DNA of 64,000 bases from Tubulanus polymorphus. Taxonomy: Eukaryota > Animalia > Nemertea. The stretch is from NCBI RefSeq assembly GCF_964204645.1, contig NC_134025.1:10540001-10604000 (forward strand). The letters are read 5' to 3'. A program made the position numbers and the translations under genes. The stretch's first letter is position 1. Every line of letters starts with the position of its first letter. The notes beneath the pieces are model-generated. The model was given only the letters and a program-made list of their open reading frames with translations. It did no database searches and was not told the origin of the DNA. Positions 12,830-25,300 of this stretch are shown here, piece after piece.

Positions 12830-13290
12830 AAAGAGAAAGTGGTGATATAATCAGATATCAGAATATCTAGCATTTCACGCATAGACACAGCGATCTACGC
12901 GTCGTATTTCACACCAATTTGTCTATCTATATTTCAACGACTCGACTACGGTGACAAATTGTTTATTTACTTCCGCATTAATTTGTGGAAAACGCGGATG
13001 TGGCTTGAAATCTGGATACGTAGAGGGCGCTGATACCGGCGTAAGTCGACGTGGTTTAATTTGCTGCGTTTGTCTCATTTTCTGGTAAGAATTCCTATTT
13101 TTTGCGGTATTTGCATATTTTAATCTTACATGTAACACCTCTTGAACGAATAAAGTGAGATTTGAATGGGACCGGTCTCAGTTATACGCTGTTTCATCGA
13201 TCGGACGAAAAAGAAAGTTCTGACGTACTAATTATCGAAATGCACCTTCCTCCAATTTTGTTCTGTATTGCCGGTATTTTTTTCAGCCGA
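12830..13290. promoter_or_regulatory. Putative bidirectional promoter between the PLEKHB-like gene and GANAB
   Basis: Divergent first exons under 500 bp apart; locally CpG-rich; donor ggc|gtaagt at 13041 and acceptor tttttttcag at 13286 suggest a GANAB 5'UTR exon. Confidence 0.6.
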
Positions 13291-13302
13291 TCGGATTTCG
13301 TC

Positions 13303-16300
13303 ATGATTACTTCAGTCGTTTTAGTTGTTGTCGGTGTTTCACTGGTCGCTCCTGTTAACTCAGTTGACCGCAGCAACTTCAAAACATGTGAACAATCTGG
13401 ATTTTGTCAGTAAGTATGATTTGAATGACGGATGTTGATGAGGCCTGACGGGGTGGCCACTGACCTGGATAACTCAGGGAAACAGAAAAGTCTAGAGAAA
13501 AACTCAAATTTTACTAAGAAGCTGGAAAACTCGGAAATAGCACAATTATATTACTGCATCTATGTGTTGATTTTACTCATATTGTTACGGAAAAAGTCCT
13601 TGAATTGAAGGCAAAAAAGTCCAGGACTTGGGGTAAAAAAAATTTGTGTCTAGCCCCTCAAGGACCTGACTGAACATCATAAGCCTGTATTTTCGGCACC
13701 TGTAGTCAAAAGTACTGTAACACCGTTGATATTCTGCTTCCAACCCTGCTACTCCATAAGAGTTGTACCTTTCAAATCTATTTTTATATCTTCTATTCTC
13801 TCCCAGTTCTTTTTGTACGAAATAAAGAGTTCGTTATCATTATTCGATCATTTTATCTAGACGCAATCGAGCGCTGACTCCCGGGAATACGCCTTACGAG
13901 GCCCTGTTGAACACCGTCAAAATACATCGGACGAACGTGACCGTCGAACTGCTGAATAAGAAAACCAACGTGAAATACCATCTCGATTTGATCGGTTTGA
14001 CGAATAATGTCGTGCGCATGCGCATCACTGAAGCCGATCCCATCCGGCCTCGTTATGAACCTCCCATCGGCGATGCTTTGTTGAATATACCCGAAGAGTC
14101 GCGGTGAGTTTGATTTGTAGCCCGCGTCTAGTGAGCTTAAATTTTTTCGATCACTTGATTACAGGGTTTTCAGCGCTCCTTCCAAGTCCTTCTTTTGGAA
14201 AACGTTTGACCAAACATCATCTTACTCCTTCTTTTTGATTCAAAGTCCTTCCTTCTGATGAAAAAGTCCTTCCAAATTCAATTTTTATGTATTGTTGCGA
14301 ATTCGACTGTTGAAGTATTTTATGACTTAGGTCAGGTTACTCAATTTTCAGTAAGATTGAATCTACAGGAAAGTGTTATGGAATTACCCTGGAATGTACG
14401 ACAAGTCTACATGACTAGTATTCCGGTGAAGGCATTGCGAAAATGCCTCATCATGGGCCCTCATTTTACTGGAAAATACTTCTTTTCAAACCAAGAAGTC
14501 CTTCCTTTTGGGTCTAAAATTGCTGAAATAGTCTGTCTTAGTACTCTTTTTAACCCTGGCCTCACAACTGGAAAACCCTGTGATTGGTTAATTTGTTTAT
14601 TTATTTCAATAATATTCGGATATCGCGTTGATACCATCTAGCTTTGTGTTACAACCTTGTCGATATATTGAAATTTTCTAGAATATCGGTGCAGAAACGC
14701 GGCGACCGTCTCGAGATCGGCTACCAGTCGACGAAGGTCGTGTTGAAAGCTAGACCGTTCAGTTTGGACGTCGTCGAAGACGGAAATCCAGTGATCAGCG
14801 TAAATTCTCGCGGTTTACTGAAATTCGAGCAGTACAACAATCCAGATAAGTAAGTGATGGACGTGCGTAAGTAATTTGATTATGAATTGTCTCTCGGTGA
14901 TGATATTAGTTGTTTACGATATAGCAGCCTTGAATTAGAGTTTTTATCAAATTTTGAATATTTTTGGTCCATCCCTTTGCATCCGGTGGAGACATTTCAC
15001 CCAAAGTTCGCCTCAGCTTATTGGGTATAGCGTTTTTAGCCTCAAAGTATACCTTCGTTTTGCTGATCGGGTTGGCCTACAGTTGTTATCGTTAAGACTC
15101 AATTTTGATAAATTTTAACATTCTAACCACAAGTGCGTACAATCAATTCTGATGTGAACACTGAAAATTGAAAATTAATCAGCTTACTGAAACTATAGAT
15201 TGATGTGTTGAATTGATAATCATAGCTACCGATTTACCGGTACTGGTAACTTCTATTACAATGATGGAATCTCATTACAAGAACTGACGGTGGCGTTTTA
15301 GGGAATAGCCAAAATGTTGTTACTGTTTATTATTTTCTCAATTCCAATTGCGATAATTTCTAAATTTTATCTTTAACCTCGTTAGTTAGTAATGCCTACC
15401 GGTACATCGATTTTTGTCTGCCTTTTGGAGCATTTCAACTGGTGTTAAACCCGGTTAAAATCCACCATCCGCCTTCGTGAAAGATTCCTGGCGCATTGCG
15501 TATAATCCGTATCTGTTGACTTATTTCTAGGGGAGTCGTCGGTAGAATGGGAAGTGCAATATATTCTTGGTTTTCACGTCCTTTCAGACAGGTTGAAGAA
15601 GCGCCAAAAGAAGACGGTCAGGCGGAAAATAAGGTGTGTCATCGACTAAAATGGACATTATCCATGAACAATTGCTAATCCTCGAACATGTTAGGCGTGG
15701 AGGGAAATATTAATAAATTAATCAAGATATATTATGGACCCAATTTTTGGCTCCGCTGGAGATGGAGTTTCTATTTCTTCAAATTGCTATTAGTCCTACA
15801 GTTTTAATCAGATCAAGTCCAAATTTGGTATAAGTGTTCTATGGACCAATACCTACAAAGTACAGAGCCCATTTTGGATTTGGCCACAACGGGGCACCCC
15901 TAGGTATGCAGCTTCTATTTCTTCAAATCACACAGCGGAGCTATGTAAGCCGACAGGCTCCTTGTTTAGGTTTGAATTATTGAACCAAACTTTTTCTAAT
16001 TTCAAAGTAATTTCAATTTCAAATATTTTGTCATAAATTCAAATTCTGGGAAACATTTTATCGAAGACATAGTTTATGACTCAATTGTTAGAAATGATAC
16101 ATTTACCAGATATTTTTCTAGTCAAATTATAAGGTCATTTTGTCTGTTCTATATCTTAAATCTGGGATATTTACCAGTAGCTCTTTCCATTCGAGGATTA
16201 GTGAATTGTTGAACGTTATTTAACGAGTCGCTTGTACGATTTTGTCAAGCGACGGCTTAAATAACGTTGAATTGTTCATGAATAAATACGGTTGGTGAGT

Positions 16301-19300
16301 ATGTCGACTTCACGTGTTTACTAAAACTCTCTATTAGAAAATGTGGTGAACAAGCTTTCGGTGGTATTATCAGTGACTATCTCGGAAAGGTCCGTTGTGT
16401 GGTTAGAGCATTCTACTCAGGGTTTCCAGGCTTGTACTCTGTAACTCGCGAGCATATGCCCGAGTGGGATATTTATTTCCTCTTCGGGTTTATTTGGGGA
16501 TGATTTACAGTCGTCTGAGCAATATCAATTTTATTCAAGTTATCCAAGAGACGATTTTATCTATTGCTTTTTACTGTAACACAACTACACTTAACATAAT
16601 TGATTTTGACGCTGCCGTCCGTATTTTCGACCTTGTCATTCGTATTATTCAGAAAATGTCCTGCTGGTACTCAGAATTTTATTTTTGAATATTTACTCTA
16701 GTTAATAATTGTTAGTATTACACTAAGCGCTATATAGCATGTTTAGTACTGCAGCAAAACACTGCTTTCAGTATTTTGTATATTTAGTTTTCATTCAAAA
16801 TATCCTATATGGTATATATATGTATATTATATATTTGCTTAGAAATTCCCTTCATGTACTACCTACCCGTCATTATGTTTTATTTCATTGGAAATCCTGT
16901 TATTGTTTGCTCATGCGGCTATGCACAAACTTTGTTTCCCTAATACTTCCTTGTTGAGGTTGCAGTTTTGTTTCAATTTTAACCCCCATCAGCCAGTTTT
17001 ATAGACCCGGCCTTTGTTCTGTAGGTCTATACTCGCTTTAAAGGACGAAAACTTACTGAAAAGAACTGTGTGGATAGAATCAGATTTGAAACCTAATTCT
17101 GACGAAGAATTGTATTATACCCAAATCTATAAAACTGGCGCTTTCTTAACTACAGGTTAAGTTTCGGTAAGCGATAATGGGTTTACTATTTCTATCTAAA
17201 AATCTAATTCGATTTGTAGGAAGAAGAAGGGGCTGGTGAAGGTGGGGAGAATGATGAGTCCGCCACTAAAGAGACTGAGGCTGCCGAGCCCGGTATCGGA
17301 GAAGAAACATTCGAAGGACATCAGGATACTAAGCCTCATGGTTCGTCGTTTCTTGACTTTTCATGATTTTGAGTTGCAGTTTTTCTCCGGGATACCTCCC
17401 CGAAAGCAGGAAATATTCATATTCAGTACTACTATTGGTCCTCACATTCATCAATCAACAAGCACTAAAACTCTAATCATTTGGTTTTATGTTCACTTTT
17501 AGGTTCCAGTTCAGTCGGAATGGATTTCTCGTTTCCTGGATTTGAACACGTTTACGGAATTCCGGAACATGCCGACACTCTGGCGTTGAAGTCGACGAAG
17601 TAAGCTTTTAGCTTTAACGCTTCGATTTCCTTTCGTATCACCATTCAGAACTGAGGCTCATATGTTACGTAATGGCTGAAATTGGGATTATGAATGATAC
17701 ATATTATTTTCAGAAATACTGATCCGTACAGATTGTACAACTTGGATGTGTTTGAGTATGAACTACATAATCCGATGGCTCTTTATGGATCGGTACCGCT
17801 TATGTATGCCCATAGGTAATAGAGATTAGCTAAGGTTGAAACAGCGTCATATCAGCGTCATTATCACCGATAATGTTACTGATAAGCGACATTCTTGTCC
17901 GTACTGTACTGGCAGAACTGCATTAACCGTATTAATTTCTAATTCATAGTCCTCAGAGAACTGTTGGTGTATTCTGGTTGAATCCTTCGGAAACTTGGGT
18001 TGATATCAGCAACAACAAGGCTGACAAGGTAAGAGAGTTGTCAGGGTAGCCACTAACCTGGAAAAGTCAGGGAATCAGAAAAATCTAGAAAAAATCTGGA
18101 AAACTCGGGGAATTGGAATAATGTTATTGATCACATATTTCTTTATCAGTAGGTAATTCAATGAATAATGAATGAATTGTAGCATTTAAACCTAGAAATT
18201 TTTCTGATCCCCTCTTTTTTTATAAGTTTTTGTAATCACATGGAAAAATCAGAGAAAACTCAGATTATTTGTGAATGGGCGGAAAGTGGCCACTATGGTG
18301 CCACAATCTGGATGATCATCTCAAAATACATCAGATATTCACGTTTTCATGGCTCACTCGATTCTTTTTATAGAATTTGTTCAGTAAAGTGGTTGACTTA
18401 GTCAAAGGAGATGATGAAGTACCTCAAGTTGATACCCATTGGTTTTCCGAATCCGGTGTTATCGATGTATTTTTCTTGCTCGGTCCCAAGCCAAAAGACG
18501 TGTTCTATCAGTACGGTAAACTGACTGGCACAACACCGCTACCTCCGGTAAGTATAAGTACCCTATTGTATACAATGCTATACGTCCATTTCTTGGAATT
18601 CTTTTAAGCTTAAATCGATGTACCGCATTTTTCGGCCAATAAGCCGAGGACAGTTCTTTAGCCTAAAATACATGGCTTTCATAGAGCTTCACCCAATAAG
18701 CCGAGGCCCTTATCAGAGTTTAGTTTGTCTTAATTGATGATGTAAGAGGTTGACAAACACTTGCACAATACAGCCAAATGCTTGTTAGCCCACTTGGGAC
18801 TTTAGTCCCAGCGGGCTATTGCGTTCACTTTTCGTCCGTCGTCCGTCCGTCCGTCCGTTTGTCCGTCCGTAGACGGAATCCAGTTATTTTGGGAAGTTTT
18901 GAAGACGCTTCAAGGTAACGTCTTGATATTTGGGTTACACATGTATCTACCCTAGACACATCTTCAGCCCAAAAACTGGCCCTATCAGAATCAAGATGCC
19001 ATTAAACATTCTTTACTATCCAGGAATATCCAAATTAGGAACAGTTTAACACTCATACACTGGATAAACTTTGATACTCACAAGAGCAAGCTTTCACCTA
19101 CATTCTGTAGGCATCGTCAGGCTTAAAGTGACGTCATCAGATGTTGTTGATGTGACGTCACAGCCGGATCTCGTCAGCTGGTCTGTGAAGGCTCCCGCGC
19201 GCCATCTGCTGCCTTAAGGATGTTATTCCATACAGGGGGTAGAGCAAATCTCCCAAAGTCAAACCCCGGTGGTTCGAACGAGGTGTTCAGGAGTCATTTT

Positions 19301-22300
19301 ACATTTACCTGAGACACCCCACGCTGAATAAAGACTTTGGGAGATTTGCTCTACCCCCTGTATGGAATAACATCCTTAAGGCAGCAGATGGTCACAGACC
19401 AGCTGACGAGATCCGGCTGTGAAAAAGTTTATCCAGTGTATGAGTGTTAAACTGTTTCAGAATCAAGATGGCCGACTGGCAGCCATTGTTGTTCGCCAAA
19501 ATCAGCACTTTTTACACATTTTTGAACTTTTTGAGGGAAATTTCGAAGACGCTTTGATCAATTACCTTGATCTTTCGGATATATGTGAATCCCCCCAGGG
19601 CCCATCAACATAACAAAAATTGGGTCGGTCGGACTCAAGATGGCCGTCCTATGACCTTTTTAGTGCCCAAAAATGTTAATTTTGGCCCGAATTCTGAGTC
19701 CTGTAGCTTCCTACTGGTTTGCCATTTCTCATTACAATTTGTGATGGGTGTTCTTTGGAAAGGGATGTTTTATACCTGAGACAGGTATTTTTCATCAGCC
19801 AATTATGACGCAATTGGCGGCCATCTTGGTGTAACCAGTACTCATTCGTAAGTGGGAAAAAGTTTTTCCACATTATATTGATACCTAAGCATATTTTGCT
19901 ACCACAATCAATAAGAAAGTTGTAGCTCATAACGTGTTCTATGATTGTGGTGAGTTTCAAGGTAATTGGATTTCGTATATGGCCACCAGGGGGCGTTGAA
20001 TAATACAATATCTTAGCATTTCTTTATTATATTCGTACCTATGAATATTTTGTAACCACAATCAATTGGAAAGTTGTAGCTCATGACATCATCTATGATT
20101 GTTGCGAGTTTTAAGGACATAAGTTTTTTTTATATGGTCACCAGGGGGCGTTGAATAGTAGAATAACTTAGTATTTCCTTATTATATTGGTACCTAGGCA
20201 TATTTTGTAACCATGATCAATTGCAAAATTGTAGTTCATGACATTTTCTATGATTGTGGTGAGTCTCGAGGTCATTGGGTTTTGAATATGGTCACCAGGG
20301 GGCGTTGAATAGTAGAATGACTTAGTATTTCCTTATTATATTGGTACCTAGGCATATTTTGTTACCATGATCAATTGCAAAGTTGTAGTTCATGACATGT
20401 TCTATGATTGTGGTGAGTTTCGAGGTCATTGGGTTTTGAATATGGTCACCAGGGGGCGTTGAATAGTAGAATGACTTAGTATTTCCATATTAAATTGGTA
20501 ACGAGGCATATTTTGTTATCACAATCAATTACAAAATCGTAGCTGCTGACATGTTCTATGATTGTGGTGAGTTTTAAGGTCATTGGTTTTTGTAAATGGT
20601 CACCAGGGGACGTTGAATATTGAAATTGTTAGATTGTTGAGCATTTGAATCCACTTCCCAAGTGGGCATGGTGTCCCTGGACCCCTAGTTGACTTTGTTG
20701 ATCTTTGGGTGTATTCAAGTGACATGGGTCGGATTTTTAGGTCAGATTATGTCTGGCCAATAAGCCGATCATGATATTTTGGGGTTATTAAATTGTGACG
20801 CTAAAATATGAAGATTTTAACTAACTTAGAGTTAGGTTTGGCTTGATGACTCGTAAATGGGGTCCAGTGGCATTAGTAAAATTGTGTATCCATCTTCTTG
20901 CAGCTATTTTCAATTGCGTATCATCAGTGCAGATGGAATTATAATGACCAAGATGATGTTCGCGGGTTAGTAACTTACCTTTTCCATTTCGATGAAAAAT
21001 TTAACCACATTAAATTGTAACACCAAAATTCTTTGATGTTCAATCAATCTTTGTTCAGGGTTGACGCCAATTTCGACGTACATGACATTCCATACGATGT
21101 TATCTGGTTGGACATCGAGCACACAAATGGAAAGAGGTACGTTGATATTCTAGCCATGGCTCGGAAGGTGTTCATTACGATTAACTATAGAAATAGGTTT
21201 TAGCGCAAAAATTTACGGTATCTAAATAGTGCTACATGTCAGGCTATCCGGATAAGCTGTTAAAATCTTTTAATGATACAAATTTCGTAAATTGTGTCTT
21301 TTCATTCAGATACTTCACGTGGGATGCGGCTAAATTCTCTCATTCATTCGACATGATCAAAAACATATCGGCGAAAGGTCGAAAAATGGTAACCGTAATC
21401 GATCCTCACATCAAGAAAGACGACGGCTGGGAATTGTATAAAGAAGCGAGGGACAACAAACTTTTCGTGAAGGATAAGTCCGGAAATGATTACGAAGGCT
21501 GGTGTTGGCCAGGTATGTACGTTGTCGGTGAAGATGGAATTTTTGTTTCCAAAGGTTTTTGCATTGTTGTTTAGGATTTACGTTGCTTAGGTCTTGGTTT
21601 CCCAAGATGAACCCTATTGGATTATTCATTTAACCTCACGACGGGACGGCCTTTGAAGTGTTGCCCGCACACTACGCACCTGGAGGAACCTAAATTAATA
21701 TTGTTGTTGGTGGTTTAATCTAAGGCCCCCATCTCATAATTTTTTGGACCAGTCTTTTGCGAAATATCTATATGTAAAATGCTCTCAGAATGCACCTAAA
21801 TGCATCTATATTTTTCAAACTTTCCTGGATGAAATGCGGAGCTTTGCAGATTCCCTTCGCACAGTACTGCGTGCTCGCAGTATAAGTTGCACGTTCTTTT
21901 CTGTGCAAAAATGGTTAGATCCAGGCCATAATTTGACTATCGATTTTTACCATGGTCTGGTCGTTATTTACGCAGGGAGCTCATTCTGGCTCGATTTCAT
22001 CAACCCCGACGTCTGTAAATGGTACGCGGATCGATTCGATCTCGAAAAGTATCAGGGCTCGTCGAAGCACCTGTTCACGTGGAACGATATGAACGAACCG
22101 TCGGTTTTCAACGGTCCGGAGATCACCATGCATAAAGATGCGATTCACCACGGCGGCTGGGAACACCGAGAGGTGCACAACATCTTTGGAATGTATCAGG
22201 TACATTGTCCGAACAGGCTTAATACAGTATATTGAATTGAATATCGGGTTGTATGGTAGTATGGACTCTTTGATTCCTTAAAAACTTTAATTTGAATGAA

Positions 22301-25300
22301 GTGCCCAAATTACCTTTAGATTTCAATTTTGAGAAATAGGCAATTTGAAATATTTGCCTAGTTTGTAGTTGTACAGTAGTTATTGACTACCCCTAAATCG
22401 ATAGAGTTAGGCAGTTACTGGTACCGAATGTATTAGAAACCAAATTTAAGTAGTATAAAGGATGAAGCTTACCAAAACTGAGATAAACAGTACCAATTTT
22501 GGAGGAGTCTACAGTAATTCAGATATGAAAGTGATGCAAACACTGAATTTTCTCCATATTCTTATATCCAGGAATTTCTTTATATCCTGGAATGACTGAA
22601 CTGTAGGGACCCTGGATATTGAACTCGTGATTTAATTTGATTCGCTCATGATCATGATTTACTTCATTGTTTTGTAGCAAAGAGCTAGTGCCGAGGGTCA
22701 GGTAGCTCGATCTGGTGGTAATGAACGTCCGTTTGTACTCTCGAGGGCCTTCTTCGCTGGATCTCAAAGACATGGTAAATTGCTTGTGAAACTTTTCCTC
22801 CCAAGGAGTAGCCATAATACTTACTTAAAGGAAATGAATCCTTGGATCAGGAAATTACTACTATCAATATTAGTAAAATATTAGGATTAGCCTAGATAGT
22901 GTGAGATTGGAATTAGATTGTATCACTGATGTTGATTTGATTTGTTCCATATTGTGTCCATGGCTCATTGGGCTCTGGAAGCTTTCAGTACTGTGCCATT
23001 TGTTCTATTTTTTACGGAGCCAAATAAGGATGGGATGGGGTATATTGCATTGGGAGGATAAAAACCACCCAATAATTGGGTTCCACGTGTTCATACAAAA
23101 AACATTTATGAAACAATGTTCAAGTTGTTGACACAATGAAAAGTTTTTAGAAGTAACTGGGTGGTGTAACATACCGGGTATGTCAAAATGGGTTGGAATT
23201 ACCTGCTGGCTATTTATTATGTAGGAAAAAGATTAATAATCAAATGTAACATACTAAAATGTAAGTTAAATTGTCTGAAATCTGTATTATTTGACAATAG
23301 GTGCTATATGGACTGGTGATAATATGGGCGAATGGTCACATTTGAAGATGTCAATTCCGATGCTTTTATCGCTCAGTCTAGCCGGAATAACTTTCAGCGG
23401 AGCAGATGTGGGCGGATTCTTCAAGAACCCTGACGCAGAACTTCTTACAAGATGGTATCAGGTAATTTTTGAAACAAACTGTTCATTATTTCATTGATGC
23501 CGTGGTGCAAATTACACAACGGAATGCAGGATAGCCATTGACCTGGAAAACTCAAGGAATCAAGAAAAATCCTGGAAAACTCAGGGAATTCAGATAATAC
23601 TATTTATTGACCAATTGTTTCGTTATCAGTATGTGATTCGATATAAAAAAAATGAATGAACTGTAACATTTTTTAACCACAAAATTTCTCTGATTCATTC
23701 AGAAAGTGTAATCTCATGGAAAAATCAGGGAAAACACAGGGGATTTGTAAATGGACGGAAAGTCTGGATGTGAATTACGGTTAGACAATACTCTAACCAT
23801 ACACTGATTCGTGTTTCATTATAGGCTGGAGCATTCCAACCATTTTTCCGAGCTCACGCTCATCTGGACACGAAACGCCGCGAGCCGTGGCTGCTACCGG
23901 AAACGAACATGAAAATCATCCGCGAAGCGATCCGGTACCGTTATAAACTACTGCCGTATTGGTATACTCAGTTCTACAAGAGCGAACAAGACGGCAGTCC
24001 GGTGATGAGACCGCTGTGGGTCGAATTCCCAAAAGAGACCTCGACGTTCGCGACTGAAGATGAGTTCATGATCGGTAAGTATTGCTCTGTCGAAATGTTA
24101 TTCGTTTAAAAGATTCATTTAGAAGATACACAATGTCGCTGTAAGTTGAATATACAAGAAAAATCACACAATAATTCAGCCAAAGATGTTCTCGAGTAGA
24201 AAGTTTATGCATTGAGCAACGTTTCTTAAGAACTTTAGATCTTTGGCTGAATTATTGTAGGCTTTCTCTTGAGCGTTGATCTATAGTGTTTCAGTTTGCT
24301 GATCAAATAATTTTTGGAATTTGACTTGCGTAATGCAACGTAACGTAATATATATTTTCATGAATACTCTGGTAATTCATGAAATATTTTTTGTCCATTA
24401 GGTAATGCCCTTCTTGTTCACCCTGTAACTGACAGTGGGGCTAGTTCTGTCAGTGTACAACTACCAGGAGCTAACACCGTAAGTTTATTATTAGTTTGAT
24501 GAATACATCATACTCCTTGATCGTGTAGATTCTTGTTAAGGTATTCAAATTTCACAATTGGCACTCACATTAATTTTTTTTTTTCTTTTTAGCTTTGGTA
24601 TGACTTGTCATACTCCAGAACTTATAACGGTGGGACAACACAGTCAATACCCGTTACTTTGAACACGGTAAGGTTTTGATTTACTGAGTAAGAAATGAAC
24701 GTACAGAACTGCCAACTGTTTCTGATTTTCAGTATTTGTTACTATCTTACAACAAGAAATACTGATTTGATTTGTTTGATGCATACCAGAGATAAGAAAG
24801 ATGTTACTTAGGGTATTACTGTTGATTACTGATTAATTTGAACATTTCCTTTCATATTTCGATGAAATGTTACTGATGGCACTTTTCAGAGGTTGGCAGC
24901 CCTGAGCGTACAAAAACTTTTCAACAACCGGAACTAGAATTGATGATGCAATGTTTGTCTTCATATTGTAGGTACCGGTTTTCCAAAAGGGAGGAACGAT
25001 CGTCCCGAGGAAAGAAAGAGTTCGCAGAGCTTCAATCCTGGGTCGATTTGACCCGTATACACTGTTCATTTGCCTCGATAAAGCTGTACGTGTATCTTTG
25101 ATTTGATCGACTAAATGTTTTCATGCAGACTCTAATATAGCGCGCTTGTTCATTCTTTCTAAACAGGGAAATGCTGAAGGAGACTTGTATATAGACGACT
25201 ATCATACATTCCGATATAAAAAGAAAAATGATTTCGCATTTAGAAGTTTTACATTCAAAAATAATAAACTCGAAAATAGGTACGTGATCTTTTTGTCATA

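Larger units (their letters stand above)
18785..20690 (+). mobile_element. Helentron-associated (HINE/DINE-1-like) element with GTCC microsatellite and central 154-bp tandem repeats
   Basis: 5' ttagcccacttgggac...gtccc, (gtcc)n at ~18833-18870, 3' tcccaagtggg inverted copy plus gtcc-ct-ggac hairpin and ctagtt end; an internally deleted relative at 32675-32793. Confidence 0.75.

Noticed and set aside
14258-14641. 127-aa ORF in GANAB intron 2
   Set aside because: Lies in a cagggttt...aaccctg MITE-like repeat; GANAB splices in frame without it.
16200-16285. ~80-nt hairpin as pre-miRNA
   Set aside because: No known mature sequence recognised; resembles the many small palindromic repeat relics here (also ~6083-6130, ~45243-45281).
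19880-20625. Regularly spaced repeats as a CRISPR array
   Set aside because: Whole 154-bp units are homologous, there are no unique spacers or cas genes, and the context is a eukaryotic intron.
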